A stretch of 64,000 nucleotides of DNA from a virus (lineage: Duplodnaviria > Caudoviricetes), in the IMG/VR virus record IMGVR_UViG_3300020576_005620, positions 1 through 64,000 of that record. One strand, given 5' to 3'. The notes beneath the pieces are model-generated. The model worked only from the letters and a program-made list of their open reading frames with translations. It had not been told where the DNA came from and did no database searches. The first letter of the stretch is position 1, and every line of letters begins with the position of its first letter. A program made the position numbers and the translations under genes. Below are positions 1 to 9,335 of the stretch, piece by piece.

Positions 1-1
1 T

Positions 2-319
2 AAAACTCTTAACTTAGAATTAAGAGAGCAGTTTACTTCTATATCTCCATCAGAGTCTAAGAAACGTGGTCGTTCTTTAACTCTCAGAGATGATTGGGAT
101 AAAGTAAAGATCGGCATTATGTACAAGCTTTTGCAAAAGAAATTTGCCAAACAGTCAATGAAGATTAAACTTCTTGAAACAGGTGATAGAGAGCTGATTG
201 AGGGTAACTACTGGAAAGATACTTTCTGGGGTGTTTACAAAGATCCTCTTGGACATAAACATGGTTTAAACCATCTTGGAAAGCTTCTTATGAGGATAAG
301 ATTTGAAATTAAGGAATAA
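2..319 (+). CDS. NADAR (YbiA-like) protein, 5' truncated by the window edge
   Basis: Frame is open from position 2; motifs K.RGR..LR.DWD..K..IM, KF, LL.TGD.ELIEGN.W.D.FWG, G.N.LGKLLM..R. Confidence 0.9.
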   Translation, partial: KTLNLELREQFTSISPSESKKRGRSLTLRDDWDKVKIGIMYKLLQKKFAKQSMKIKLLETGDRELIEGNYWKDTFWGVYKDPLGHKHGLNHLGKLLMRIRFEIKE

Positions 320-911
320 TGAAATGATCCATACTTTTATTGACATGACAGATGATTCAGAAGTTTATGCCGTTTTACTTTCTGAATTTCAAGATAATGC
401 CGAAGTACAGTCTCAATTTTCTAAACTTGTTGATATTTGGGCACCAACTCTTCTAAGTGCTTCAAACCATCTAGCAAAAGATTCTTGGTTGATCTACTCT
501 AAATGTCAAATTGACTTTCTAACAAAACAAGAGATTTTACAAGCTCCTTTTGAAATGACTCGAGAAAGATTAGAGATGATTCTTTCTGAAGTCTCTTATT
601 TAGATTGGAAATTCAAGATTGATGAATCTAAAACAGAAGTTCATCTTATCCAAGGTGTTTGGACGGGATTTGATACGGATACTAACACAGAATGTGTTTT
701 AAAAAGCAGAAAGCATTTTATCAGTAACTTCGCCACTGCTGATGAAGTTGTCAAAACCTGTTGGCTGCTTGTTGAATTAGCTTTAAAACATGAAGCTATG
801 GAAACATTCAAGTATCTTGGAACCGCTCCCTTCCACCCCCACAATGATGTCCACGGTCTTTTAGAAGCACCTAAAGTCTACCGTTTTGACAATCATCCAG
901 AGCCAAAATAA
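303..911 (+). CDS. Conserved phage hypothetical protein
   Basis: 202-aa ORF; C-terminal RK..IS...T..EVV.T......HEA.E.F.Y....F.PH.DV pattern recalled from phage hypotheticals. Confidence 0.6.
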   Translation: MKLRNNEMIHTFIDMTDDSEVYAVLLSEFQDNAEVQSQFSKLVDIWAPTLLSASNHLAKDSWLIYSKCQIDFLTKQEILQAPFEMTRERLEMILSEVSYLDWKFKIDESKTEVHLIQGVWTGFDTDTNTECVLKSRKHFISNFATADEVVKTCWLLVELALKHEAMETFKYLGTAPFHPHNDVHGLLEAPKVYRFDNHPEPK

Positions 912-1054
912 AATCTAAGATGTTCTTCTGACGTAGAACAATAGAATCTACTTGTTTTCAGGTAGAATGTTACAGTTGGTAGTAGCCTCCAGACTAGGCG
1001 ATTAGAACTTCAATCTATTCACGAATATGACTACCTTCCCACTTTTGGTGACTA

Positions 1055-1570
1055 ATGAATACTCTTGAAAAAACTCTCGGTGCCGATTTTCTTCTTTTTA
1101 TTGAGAAGATCTCTAATAAATATGCTGTTTCTTACAGTGATGCTGAGCTTTTAAAGAGTATCTGTATTGAGAAATACTATACTATCATGTCTAGCAATAC
1201 AGACTCCATCGGCTTAAAAGACAATTTTCTTAGAAAAGCAATTTCAAGAACTTGTATAGATTTTGCCAGAGCTCATTCTCGTTTAGAGAAACGTAATGTT
1301 TCTTACCATGATCCTTATTTTGCTGAAGGACAACTGGCCGCATCTGCAAACATTGATGAATTTTTAGAATTTCATTCTATTGTTACATACATAGAAAAAC
1401 TTCCTTGTTTAGAAAAGGAATGGATAAACTGTTTTCTTGAAGGGATGACTTATAAGGACATTTCTGTTAAATACAATCTCCCCATGGGAACAGTAAAGAA
1501 AAGAATACTTCAAGCAAGATCTCGCTGGATGCGAGATCTTGGTCTTAACTATTCACTAGCTAAGTTTTAG
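1055..1570 (+). CDS. ECF-type RNA polymerase sigma-70 factor
   Basis: Region 2-like FLRKAISRTCIDFAR and region 4 HTH LEGMTYKDISVKYNLPMGTVKKRILQAR. Confidence 0.85.
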   Translation: MNTLEKTLGADFLLFIEKISNKYAVSYSDAELLKSICIEKYYTIMSSNTDSIGLKDNFLRKAISRTCIDFARAHSRLEKRNVSYHDPYFAEGQLAASANIDEFLEFHSIVTYIEKLPCLEKEWINCFLEGMTYKDISVKYNLPMGTVKKRILQARSRWMRDLGLNYSLAKF

Positions 1571-1715
1571 TAGTTCATCTACTAAAAAGTCAGAATGTAC
1601 TTTAGTATAACTGACACAAGAACACAAACAAAAATCTAAAAGAGGTAAAAAATCATGAAGAACGTTTAAACCTAAATAACTATTAGTGTTTTCCAGATTA
1701 AAATTGAGTTATTCT

Positions 1716-1739
1716 AGGGCTGCTGAAAAGCAGCCCTTT
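1716..1739 (+). terminator. Intrinsic terminator-like hairpin
   Basis: AGGGCTGCT-GAAA-AGCAGCCCT followed by TT. Confidence 0.6.
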
Positions 1740-1743
1740 AAAT

Positions 1744-2232
1744 ATGAAATTCTACCACTCATCCCCGCATAACTTTAAACCTGGTGATTATATCAATCCC
1801 ATTCTAGCTGTTAAAAGAGCTAACTATAAAGCTTCTGAAGACAATTTAATCTATCTTACTGACAGCCCTTATCCACACTTTACACTCCACGATAAAATAG
1901 ATGAAGATTGGAATGTGTATGAAGTTAAACCTGTAATGAAAGGCTTGAAAGTAGGTATGTGGGATGACTTTACGACACCCCACCCTGTTTTAGTTTTGAA
2001 GAGAGTTGGTTCGATGAAGGGACTAGCTACTAGATCCCACCACTCTAAAAGATCCCTAAAGCGTGCTCAAGAAGCTCACAATGAAACAAAACAATACTTA
2101 GAGAAATGGAAAGCTGAATACGAAGAAACTAAAGATCTGTGTTTGCTAGAATGTATCAAAAGAGCAGAAAGAGATCTTAAAAATTTAAGAGCTTTCATGA
2201 AATTTTCTAGTGTAAAACCAAGAAGAAGATAA
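1744..2232 (+). CDS. Arr-like ADP-ribosyltransferase-fold protein
   Basis: FYH.S...FKPGD.I.P, NY, IYLT and VYEV.P motifs resemble rifampin ADP-ribosyltransferase Arr. Confidence 0.55.
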   Translation: MKFYHSSPHNFKPGDYINPILAVKRANYKASEDNLIYLTDSPYPHFTLHDKIDEDWNVYEVKPVMKGLKVGMWDDFTTPHPVLVLKRVGSMKGLATRSHHSKRSLKRAQEAHNETKQYLEKWKAEYEETKDLCLLECIKRAERDLKNLRAFMKFSSVKPRRR

Positions 2233-2236
2233 ATAA

Positions 2237-3004
2237 ATGGTTTCTGAACTAAAAAAATACATAAATCGTATAACTACGAGGAATGTGACATTTCATAGTA
2301 TCAAGCATAGTGAATATCTTCATCCAAAAGATCCGACAAAATTTCTTATTATTGTTTATGGAATGGGGAGATTTAGTACAACAGAAACTCTTGATGTTAC
2401 ACTTCTTAGTCATTGGCAAGATTTTACTCCATCACTTGTTCAACATGAAGGGTTATTTTATTTTCTTACTATCGAAAAACCTTTTATAGTGGCTACTTTA
2501 GTATGAGTCAAATTCCTAATTTAAAAGATTTTCTTAATCCTCTTCTTGACAACTGTACTTTTCATAGTATCCACAAAGGTATATATAAAACACGTATAGC
2601 ACTTATTACATATAACTCTTGCCTCTCCTTTTGTCATACTTGGGATATAAAAAAATCAGTAGATACAGTATTAGTAGAGTACGATAATGATATATACATA
2701 CTTAGAGTTGATAAGAACAGCCAAATAATTTTAGACCCTTTTTAACATGAACGAAATTTCTGAATTAAGACCTTATATAAATTCTCTTACCCCGCCTGAT
2801 TTAGCTTTTATAGGAATAACCAAAATTTTTGGTACTGATGAGTTTTGTGTTTCTGTTCGGGGTGGTGGTGGTCCACTACGAATAATTAGAAATACTGATC
2901 TACTTCCTGGCTGTAAAATAAACTTAACACTTGCTAGCCACAATAAAGCTATTTTCCAAATTACTCCACATCCTGAGAAAGTTTTAATCCTGACACCTTT
3001 TTAA
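2237..3004 (+). repeat. Tandem array A of the small orphan paralog family (ORFs at 2237, 2503, 2747)
   Basis: 80-89 aa ORFs with shared I.EL..Y.N start and a LV.H/Y....Y.L.......L.PF-type C-terminus. Confidence 0.55.
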
Positions 3005-3006
3005 CT

Positions 3007-3408
3007 ATGTATATTGAAGTTCCTTTTATAGTATTCCCTAAACATTGCAATCATTATGGAGAAATAATTTTCGGCGGAGAATTTATGGCCCAGCTTGATC
3101 TTGCTGCGGCCCACTGTGTTAGAAAAATTCTCGATTCTAAACCAGAAGACAGTGAAGCTAATGGTGCTGTCACCCATAAAGCTGCCTTTGAATTTTTAAA
3201 ACCTGCCTATAGGGGTGATTATCTTACCATCAAAGCACATGTTTTTTCTTTAGGAAAGAAATCTATTGAAATTAAGGTTGATGCTTTTAGGGGCAAAGAA
3301 CATATTGCCACATCTTCTTTTGTCTTTATTACAATAAGAAATGAAAAAGTTAATTCCCACCCTGTCTACCTCCCGTATGTAGAACATAAGCTAGAACTAC
3401 CGGATTAA
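3007..3408 (+). CDS. Hotdog-fold acyl-CoA thioesterase (YciA-like)
   Basis: VFP.H.N.YG.IFGG..M...D.AA, F.KP...GD and GKKSI.IKV motifs. Confidence 0.85.
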   Translation: MYIEVPFIVFPKHCNHYGEIIFGGEFMAQLDLAAAHCVRKILDSKPEDSEANGAVTHKAAFEFLKPAYRGDYLTIKAHVFSLGKKSIEIKVDAFRGKEHIATSSFVFITIRNEKVNSHPVYLPYVEHKLELPD

Positions 3409-3409
3409 A

Positions 3410-3898
3410 ATGGAATTTTTCAAGATAATAACAGAATTCTCAACCATTCCAAAAACAGATGACATAACTCTTGATTTTTTCAACTTTCTAGAGCAAAATT
3501 ATCCTATCACTTACAATAAGCTGTCTATGTTTTATTCTGATAATACTTCTCATGATATGGATGTAAATCCTAGAATAGCTTTGTATGACTGGGATGATCT
3601 TCTAAAAAAGGAAAATTTCAATAAATTTCTTTTTGCTATCCATCATAATTGGAATGATTTTACTTCTCAGGAGTACATTTGCTGTAGATGTAAAGACCCT
3701 CTAGAATTTGCTTGTAAAGAGCATAAACTATACAATTCTTATGAGGATCATATTTCAATCTCTTCTTATACTCATTTAGGTTTTGATGGGGCATATTTTG
3801 AAGAGAATCTGTACTGTAGGAGTTGTATAGTTAAAAGATTCAAAAAGATTATTGAGAAGATTGAACTTGACGAAGACGGAGTAAATTTCTATGTTTAA
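3410..3898 (+). CDS. Hypothetical protein with CxxC pairs
   Basis: 162-aa ORF with CCRC and CRSC. Confidence 0.5.
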   Translation: MEFFKIITEFSTIPKTDDITLDFFNFLEQNYPITYNKLSMFYSDNTSHDMDVNPRIALYDWDDLLKKENFNKFLFAIHHNWNDFTSQEYICCRCKDPLEFACKEHKLYNSYEDHISISSYTHLGFDGAYFEENLYCRSCIVKRFKKIIEKIELDEDGVNFYV

Positions 3899-4151
3899 AC
3901 AAATTATCCCTTTTACTTTACTAATTGGTTTTATGCTTTGTGGTTGTGATCCAAGGGTACCTACTCAGCCAGATAGCCCACAGGCTAGGTCATACGCAGA
4001 AGAGTACCTCCCAGCAGGGGCTAAAAATATAGTAAACCGAGGCAATAATTGGGTTACTTTTGATTTAGAAATTGATGGTAGGGTTAGAAGGTTCCTTTTT
4101 AAAAGAGTTCCATCCGGTGGCAGTAATGATATTACTGAATTAAAGGATTAA
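3891..4151 (+). CDS. Putative lipoprotein
   Basis: Signal peptide with lipobox LCGC. Confidence 0.5.
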   Translation: MFKQIIPFTLLIGFMLCGCDPRVPTQPDSPQARSYAEEYLPAGAKNIVNRGNNWVTFDLEIDGRVRRFLFKRVPSGGSNDITELKD

Positions 4152-4635
4152 TTAAGTGCTTACGAACACTTCTCTAAAATGTCAAATTAGGGAACTGCAT
4201 AATGTTATTGTTATTAACGGACCTACTTCTTTCCTTCAAAAGAAGATAGATTCTAAAGAGATTTCTATTCGAATTGAAGATGGGTTAGTAAAGGAATTTA
4301 TCTGCCTAGGGAGAACTTTTCCAGTTAGGTATATTTCTGTAGATGAAGATTCCATTATGATATACATATGAAGCTTATTTTTAATGAAATTGTAGTAGGA
4401 AAGTGGATTTTTCTTCACATAATTTTAGAGAATAAATTTAGAAGAAAACTTACTTTAAAGGATCTATCAAATATTGGTCTTCTAAAAAGTGAACATAATG
4501 TTCTTGTGTTTAGGATTTGTGGAAGAAAGTTTAAAACTACTAGAGACTTATGTATCAAAAAAACAACAACCAGTGCTTTCAGCGAACTTATATTTAAAAT
4601 ACCCCTCTAAACCGCAGCCTTTACTAGGGTAAAAA

Positions 4636-5007
4636 ATGTCAATATCCTCAAACAAAAGATTCAAGATTTTTACAAGAGACAATTTTACTTGTCAATACTG
4701 CAACAGATCAAGTATCCTACACGGAGTTGTATTGACTATAGATCATATAGACCCTAAAAGTGTTAAAGATGATAACTCTATAGAGAATCTTATTACTTGT
4801 TGTTCTGAGTGCAATGCTGATAAATCTCATGACATTTTAGATGAAGGTATTAAGAAAGTTCTTGTGTTTAGGGTAGAGAATATCTCCTCTCCTCCTTTAA
4901 CAAAAAACCAAAAGAAAAACGCAACTCTTCGAACTAATTTCGAAAAAGTATGTTTATCTAATAAAACTCTTAAAAATCGAGAAAAGAATCTCGAGAAAAA
5001 AGGTTAA
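4636..5007 (+). CDS. HNH endonuclease (C-terminal coiled coil continues in the +1 frame to 5176)
   Basis: RF.IF.RDNFTCQYC...L.IDHI.PKS......ENL.TCC.ECN..K; paralog of 5182-5730. Confidence 0.85.
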   Translation: MSISSNKRFKIFTRDNFTCQYCNRSSILHGVVLTIDHIDPKSVKDDNSIENLITCCSECNADKSHDILDEGIKKVLVFRVENISSPPLTKNQKKNATLRTNFEKVCLSNKTLKNREKNLEKKG

Positions 5008-5181
5008 AGAACTTCGGAAACAAGAGAAACTTTCCGCACAACATATAGTAAATTTGGAAAGAAAGCTTGAGTTCTATAAAAAATCTTACAATCAAGTATT
5101 CCAAAATTTGCAAAATACTGTTGAAGTCTGTAACTCTACTAGAGAGGCATACTTCAAATTGTTAGAAGAGGAGTAAAAAAT

Positions 5182-5730
5182 ATGTCAATATCTACACGTA
5201 AAAGATTTAGAGTCTTTACACGAGATAACTTTACATGTAGATACTGTAACAGATCTGCTTTTAATGATGGTGTAATTCTTCATGTAGATCATGTTCATCC
5301 TAAATCGAAATTGGGCAGTGATGAACTAGAGAACTTAGTCACTGCCTGTAAGGAATGCAACCTTGGCAAAAAGGATGAGATTATAGATCTTCCTTTCAAT
5401 AAAGAAAGTAAGTCCCCAAATCTTTCCCAAACATTTGATAAATTTTTAACTTCTCATCCTTTATTCAAGAAACAGGTTAAAGATCTAGAATTTAATCTCA
5501 GAAGGGAAACTGCGGCTCTAGAAGAAAAAATAGAAAGGCTTGAAAGAGAGATCATTTCTTTAAAAGAAGAGACTAGTACTCTCAAGAAAAGTGTTTCATT
5601 CTATAAAAAAGCTTATGACCAAAATAGCGAATATCTAAAGGCTGAATACACAAGAAGTTTTAGATACTGTTCAATGTTCTTTGATATATACCTAAAATAT
5701 CAAGAACTTCTTTCTAAGAAGAATTCTTAG
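5182..5730 (+). CDS. HNH endonuclease with C-terminal coiled coil
   Basis: RDNFTCRYC, LHVDHVHPKS, ENLVTACKECNLGK. Confidence 0.9.
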   Translation: MSISTRKRFRVFTRDNFTCRYCNRSAFNDGVILHVDHVHPKSKLGSDELENLVTACKECNLGKKDEIIDLPFNKESKSPNLSQTFDKFLTSHPLFKKQVKDLEFNLRRETAALEEKIERLEREIISLKEETSTLKKSVSFYKKAYDQNSEYLKAEYTRSFRYCSMFFDIYLKYQELLSKKNS

Positions 5731-5748
5731 CTCTGAAGGAAAATAACT

Positions 5749-6093
5749 ATGGAAACCTTAGAGAAATTCATAAAATATCCTGAAACTAGATTAGTTTCTT
5801 TAACTAACCTAGTTCTTAAAGAAGGTGTTGGGTTGGAAATACTGATCAAAACAGAAAACCAGCTTCTAAAGTTTTCTTTAGATTCAGACATCCCAATCAC
5901 AATTTCTGAGATTACCCAGAAACAGATATATCAGGATCCACTTACTGAGGTATACTTAAAACCAATTACTAATGATTCTGGATTAAGATCTTCCTACTGG
6001 CTTTATATAAGAACTACTGTTTCTTGTATGATACTAAGTATAAGACCTCTTAATCAAGTTAACTCTTTTAACTTAGAATTAACTCAGATTTAA
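5749..6093 (+). CDS. Hypothetical protein
   Basis: 114-aa ORF with AAGGA RBS. Confidence 0.5.
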   Translation: METLEKFIKYPETRLVSLTNLVLKEGVGLEILIKTENQLLKFSLDSDIPITISEITQKQIYQDPLTEVYLKPITNDSGLRSSYWLYIRTTVSCMILSIRPLNQVNSFNLELTQI

Positions 6094-6094
6094 T

Positions 6095-6170
6095 GGATCG
6101 TTAGCTCAACGGTTAGAGCAACTGCCTTTTAAGCAGTAGGTCCTGGGTTCAAATCCCAGACGGTCCACCA
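6095..6170 (+). tRNA. tRNA-Lys(UUU)
   Basis: GGATCGT/ACGGTCC acceptor, ACTGC-CTTTTAA-GCAGT anticodon arm, TTCAAAT T loop, encoded CCA. Confidence 0.95.
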
Positions 6171-6958
6171 AAATTATGGAAATTTCCCAAGAAAAACCAG
6201 CCAACTCTACGAAAGAATCTTGGACTTGTCAATACTGTCATAATACTTTCTCTGCCTTTACTAAAAGGCACTTTTATAGTTTTTTTGATGGGGGCCGAAC
6301 TATTTCTTTTTCAAGATGTCTTCGCTGCGAAAGCATAGCTTCACAGTTCAATATAGATGTTTTCGAATCCTATACTGAGAAGGACTGCCTGGAAACTATT
6401 TCTATTCTTTTTGAGTAATAATAAAGTGAGCAACGCATGAAAAAATTGTTTCTGAATTCTAAACTTCATATCTCTCTAGGATTTTGTTTAGCTTTGTCTA
6501 TTTTACAGGCAATCCTAGTATCTCATCTTGACAAGTACAGTCATCTTCAACCGGCACCCACTTTGTTGATAAGTTCTCTTCAAGTGGCAAATTTTACAAA
6601 CATTGTACTACTGATACTCTTGTTCATCTACATTACCTTCAAGATAGTAGTACCCACCTTGAAAAAAGATTCTGACGTTACCGTAAGTTAATCTTACCCT
6701 GACCGCCCATTGCGGCAAAGAGAAAGAATGATATTCTTTATATTACCCGGACTCGTGCTAAACTACCTTACAATTGGGGTTGTTGTATTTAGCATTGACA
6801 TTATAAATGATCTCAACTGTGTAAAAGTTGGGAGAACGGACACCACTAAAGAAAGGATTCTTGTAACTTTATTTGGATGGCCCGCACTTGTTACAGACGT
6901 AGTGAGTGAGGGTGTTTCTAGAGCAAAACAGATTAAAAAAATCTAAAGGATTAAACAA

Positions 6959-7708
6959 ATGGCAAACTCACGTCTATCGCAAATCTTATCCATTGCAGCT
7001 GTTATAGTTGATGGCAACTATGCCAAACTTACAGAAATCTACCAAGGCTTGAAAAACACTGCAAGTTTTACTGGCCATACAAAAGTTTACACCCCTACTA
7101 CCGAGGATGGGACAAAACTTCCAAGCGACAACAAAAATGTTGCGAAGAGCGTTTATCAAATTCTTCGCACCGTTACCAAGTGTTCGTCTGAAATTCTGAA
7201 TCACAAACTTCTTTGGGAATCAGGAAACACTGTTGCTAAGGCAAGTGTTACTTGGAACGGACAGGTGGTTCTTGAAAACGCTCCCGTAGGTTTTCTTCTA
7301 GCCTTTGAAAAGCATCTTGACAGACTTCGAGCTGTTGCTGGCGATCTTCCAACTTACGATCCTGAAAAGAAATGGGACTTTGATCAAGCTTCAGAGAAAT
7401 GGACATCTGAACCTGTTCGGTCTAACCGAGAAGTTTCCAGGAATACTTGGATTGCAGTTCCTGATTCTGGCAACCCAGATAAGGGAGTTCCAAATGAAGT
7501 CAGAGAAGTTTCTCAGCTGGTTTTGGAAGGAAGTTGGGAAAAGATTGAGCTTTCAGCATCTCTCTCACCTGTTCAAAAAGCAAAGCTTTTGGAAAACATT
7601 GATTCTCTCAAAGTTGCAGTTAAGTCTGCCAGAGAAGAAGCAAATGCAAAAGAGATTGCTCCTGTAGCAGACCTGACTCCATTGATGACTAAGGTCTTCT
7701 CTGTATAA
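6959..7708 (+). CDS. Conserved uncharacterised ~240-aa protein (recalled as DUF7873-like), directly upstream of the permuted-tRNA-like ncRNA
   Basis: AAGGA RBS; motifs L.QI..I, G..KVY.P..EDG..LP, P..FLL..EK.L..L......LP..DP...W, AVK.AREEAN; family name recalled from memory, not searched. Confidence 0.65.
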   Translation: MANSRLSQILSIAAVIVDGNYAKLTEIYQGLKNTASFTGHTKVYTPTTEDGTKLPSDNKNVAKSVYQILRTVTKCSSEILNHKLLWESGNTVAKASVTWNGQVVLENAPVGFLLAFEKHLDRLRAVAGDLPTYDPEKKWDFDQASEKWTSEPVRSNREVSRNTWIAVPDSGNPDKGVPNEVREVSQLVLEGSWEKIELSASLSPVQKAKLLENIDSLKVAVKSAREEANAKEIAPVADLTPLMTKVFSV

Positions 7709-7740
7709 CGATTTCCCACCGAAAAATCGGTGGGGCGAGG

Positions 7741-8185
7741 CAGACTCATAATTAGCCTCATTGTCAAAACCTTCGGATAGGGTCAACCACTTTAAATGCC
7801 TTTTAAGGCCTTCTAGGTTCGAATCCTAGTGGGGACACCAAAAGCATCTTAGAAATAGGATGTTTCTGATGTCCCTCATGGGCAAATTGGTAACGCCGTT
7901 TAAAGTGTATATCCATGTTAGATTATCCTCACAGAATCATAAACAGTTAGTGTCTTTAATCAAGTAGTTTGAGCAATTGTATTCTACATCAGTTCGAATC
8001 TGATCACCCTCTCCAAAAACTTTAGCATGAGGGTGTAGTTTAGTGGTAAAATGGAATAACGACCTGTTGACTCACTCTTTAAAACGTGTAAAGACATAAA
8101 ACGAAAGAGAACAAAATATTGTCTTGTAAACAATAGTATCTAACATATTATCGCCCCCATCTTCGGATACTAGGTGGGGGCACTT
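7741..8185 (+). ncRNA. Large structured ncRNA with two circularly permuted tRNA-like domains
   Basis: T-arm + acceptor 3' strand + NCCA precede the matching acceptor 5' strand + D-arm twice (7788-7907 and 7980-8058); nested long-range helices 7915-7923/8138-8146 and 7951-7958/8089-8096; closing GC hairpin 8153-8181. Confidence 0.85.
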
Positions 8186-8269
8186 AAACCTTCTACGGGT
8201 TTACTAACACATTTTGATTTAACGTGGCTGTATGGGCATCCTAGAGCCAAATAAAGGCATTCTAGAGAG

Positions 8270-9109
8270 ATGCATATGACCAAGGTAAAAGATCTTCTTG
8301 ACAAAAAAGTAATAGGCACTGGTGATGTCCCAGAACATTTCCCTGACTCAATTCATTACGAAGTCATAATGGGAAGTTATGCTTATGGTGTCAGCGAAGG
8401 ATCTTCTGATCTAGATATCTATGGCTTTGCTATACCACCAAAGGAGATTTTATTTCCCAGCCTGGCAGGTTATATTCCTGGATTTGGTCAACAGCCTGAG
8501 AAATTTGAGCAGTGGCAGATGCACCATTTGGTTGATGAATCTACTGAATATGATTTTTCAATCTATAGCATAGTGAAGTACTTCTCACTAGTGATGAGCA
8601 ACAACCCAAACATGGTTGACAGTCTTTTCGTGCCAGATCATTGTGTACTCTATGAGTCTTCAATTGCTAAAATGATCAGGGAAAAAAGACTTTTGTTCTT
8701 ACACAAGGGGTCTTACCATACCTTTAAAGGCTATGCTTATCAGCAGTTAAGCAAATTAAGAGTTAAGAATCCTACTGCTGGTCCAAGATTAGAGTCAGTT
8801 CAAAAATATGGTTACGATGTTAAATTCGCTTATCATATAGTTAGACTGATTGACGAAGTAGATCAGATTTTGAATGATACTACTCTAGTTCTTGGGCGAA
8901 ATGCTGAAGACATGAAAGCTGTAAGAAATGGGGAATGGTCTCTAGAGCGAGTTGAAAAATTCTTTGAAGACAAACTTGCCTATCTAGAGAAAAGCTACAT
9001 ATCTTCCACGCTTCCGCATAGCCCAGATGAAGCTAAAATAAAGTCTCTATTACTTGATTGTTTAGAGGAACATTATGGCAGCTTAAAAGACTGCGGAAAT
9101 TTTAGGTAA
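8270..9109 (+). CDS. Pol-beta superfamily nucleotidyltransferase (RlaP/YcgL-like)
   Basis: GSYAYG...SSDLD.YG motif, NPN...LF, GYA..QL, YD.K.AYH.VRL. Confidence 0.85.
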   Translation: MHMTKVKDLLDKKVIGTGDVPEHFPDSIHYEVIMGSYAYGVSEGSSDLDIYGFAIPPKEILFPSLAGYIPGFGQQPEKFEQWQMHHLVDESTEYDFSIYSIVKYFSLVMSNNPNMVDSLFVPDHCVLYESSIAKMIREKRLLFLHKGSYHTFKGYAYQQLSKLRVKNPTAGPRLESVQKYGYDVKFAYHIVRLIDEVDQILNDTTLVLGRNAEDMKAVRNGEWSLERVEKFFEDKLAYLEKSYISSTLPHSPDEAKIKSLLLDCLEEHYGSLKDCGNFR

Positions 9110-9235
9110 GAAAATGAAATTTATCTATTCGGCTATCTTTGTTCTTTCTGTTATCTTTGGGATAATTCTTTATTTCTCCCTCAAAGAACCAAAACAGATT
9201 AAGAAAACAAGTAGTTTTCCTTTATGGTAATAAGG

Positions 9236-9321
9236 GGGAGATTGCCTGAGTGGTCAAAAGGAGCGGGCTGTAACCTCGCCGGTATTCACCTACGTAGGTT
9301 CGAATCCTACATCTCCCACCA
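9236..9321 (+). tRNA. tRNA-Tyr(GUA)
   Basis: GGGAGAT/ATCTCCC acceptor, CT-GTA-AC loop, long variable arm, CCA. Confidence 0.93.
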
Positions 9322-9335
9322 AAATAGAAAATCAA

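Noticed and set aside
4993-5007. Classic -1 slippery site A AAA AAG in the first HNH gene
   Set aside because: The continuation lies in the +1 frame, so canonical -1 frameshifting would not restore it.
927-6678. TCTGACGT at 927 and 6671 (TCTAACGT near 22105) as a phage sigma promoter motif
   Set aside because: Too few and too short, with no consistent second element; cannot be supported without a motif search.
7871-8015. Reading the 5' half at 7871 and the 3' half ending at 8015 as one normal-order, intron-containing tRNA
   Set aside because: Acceptor strands GTCCCTC and CACCCTC cannot pair; each 5' half pairs only with the 3' half that precedes it.
7741-8185. Ordinary Y RNA (YrlA) or two-piece tmRNA
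   Set aside because: No Ro60/TROVE gene is seen in the window, there are two tRNA-like domains, neither has an Ala G3.U70 identity, and a normal tmRNA exists at 46189. A distant relationship is not excluded.
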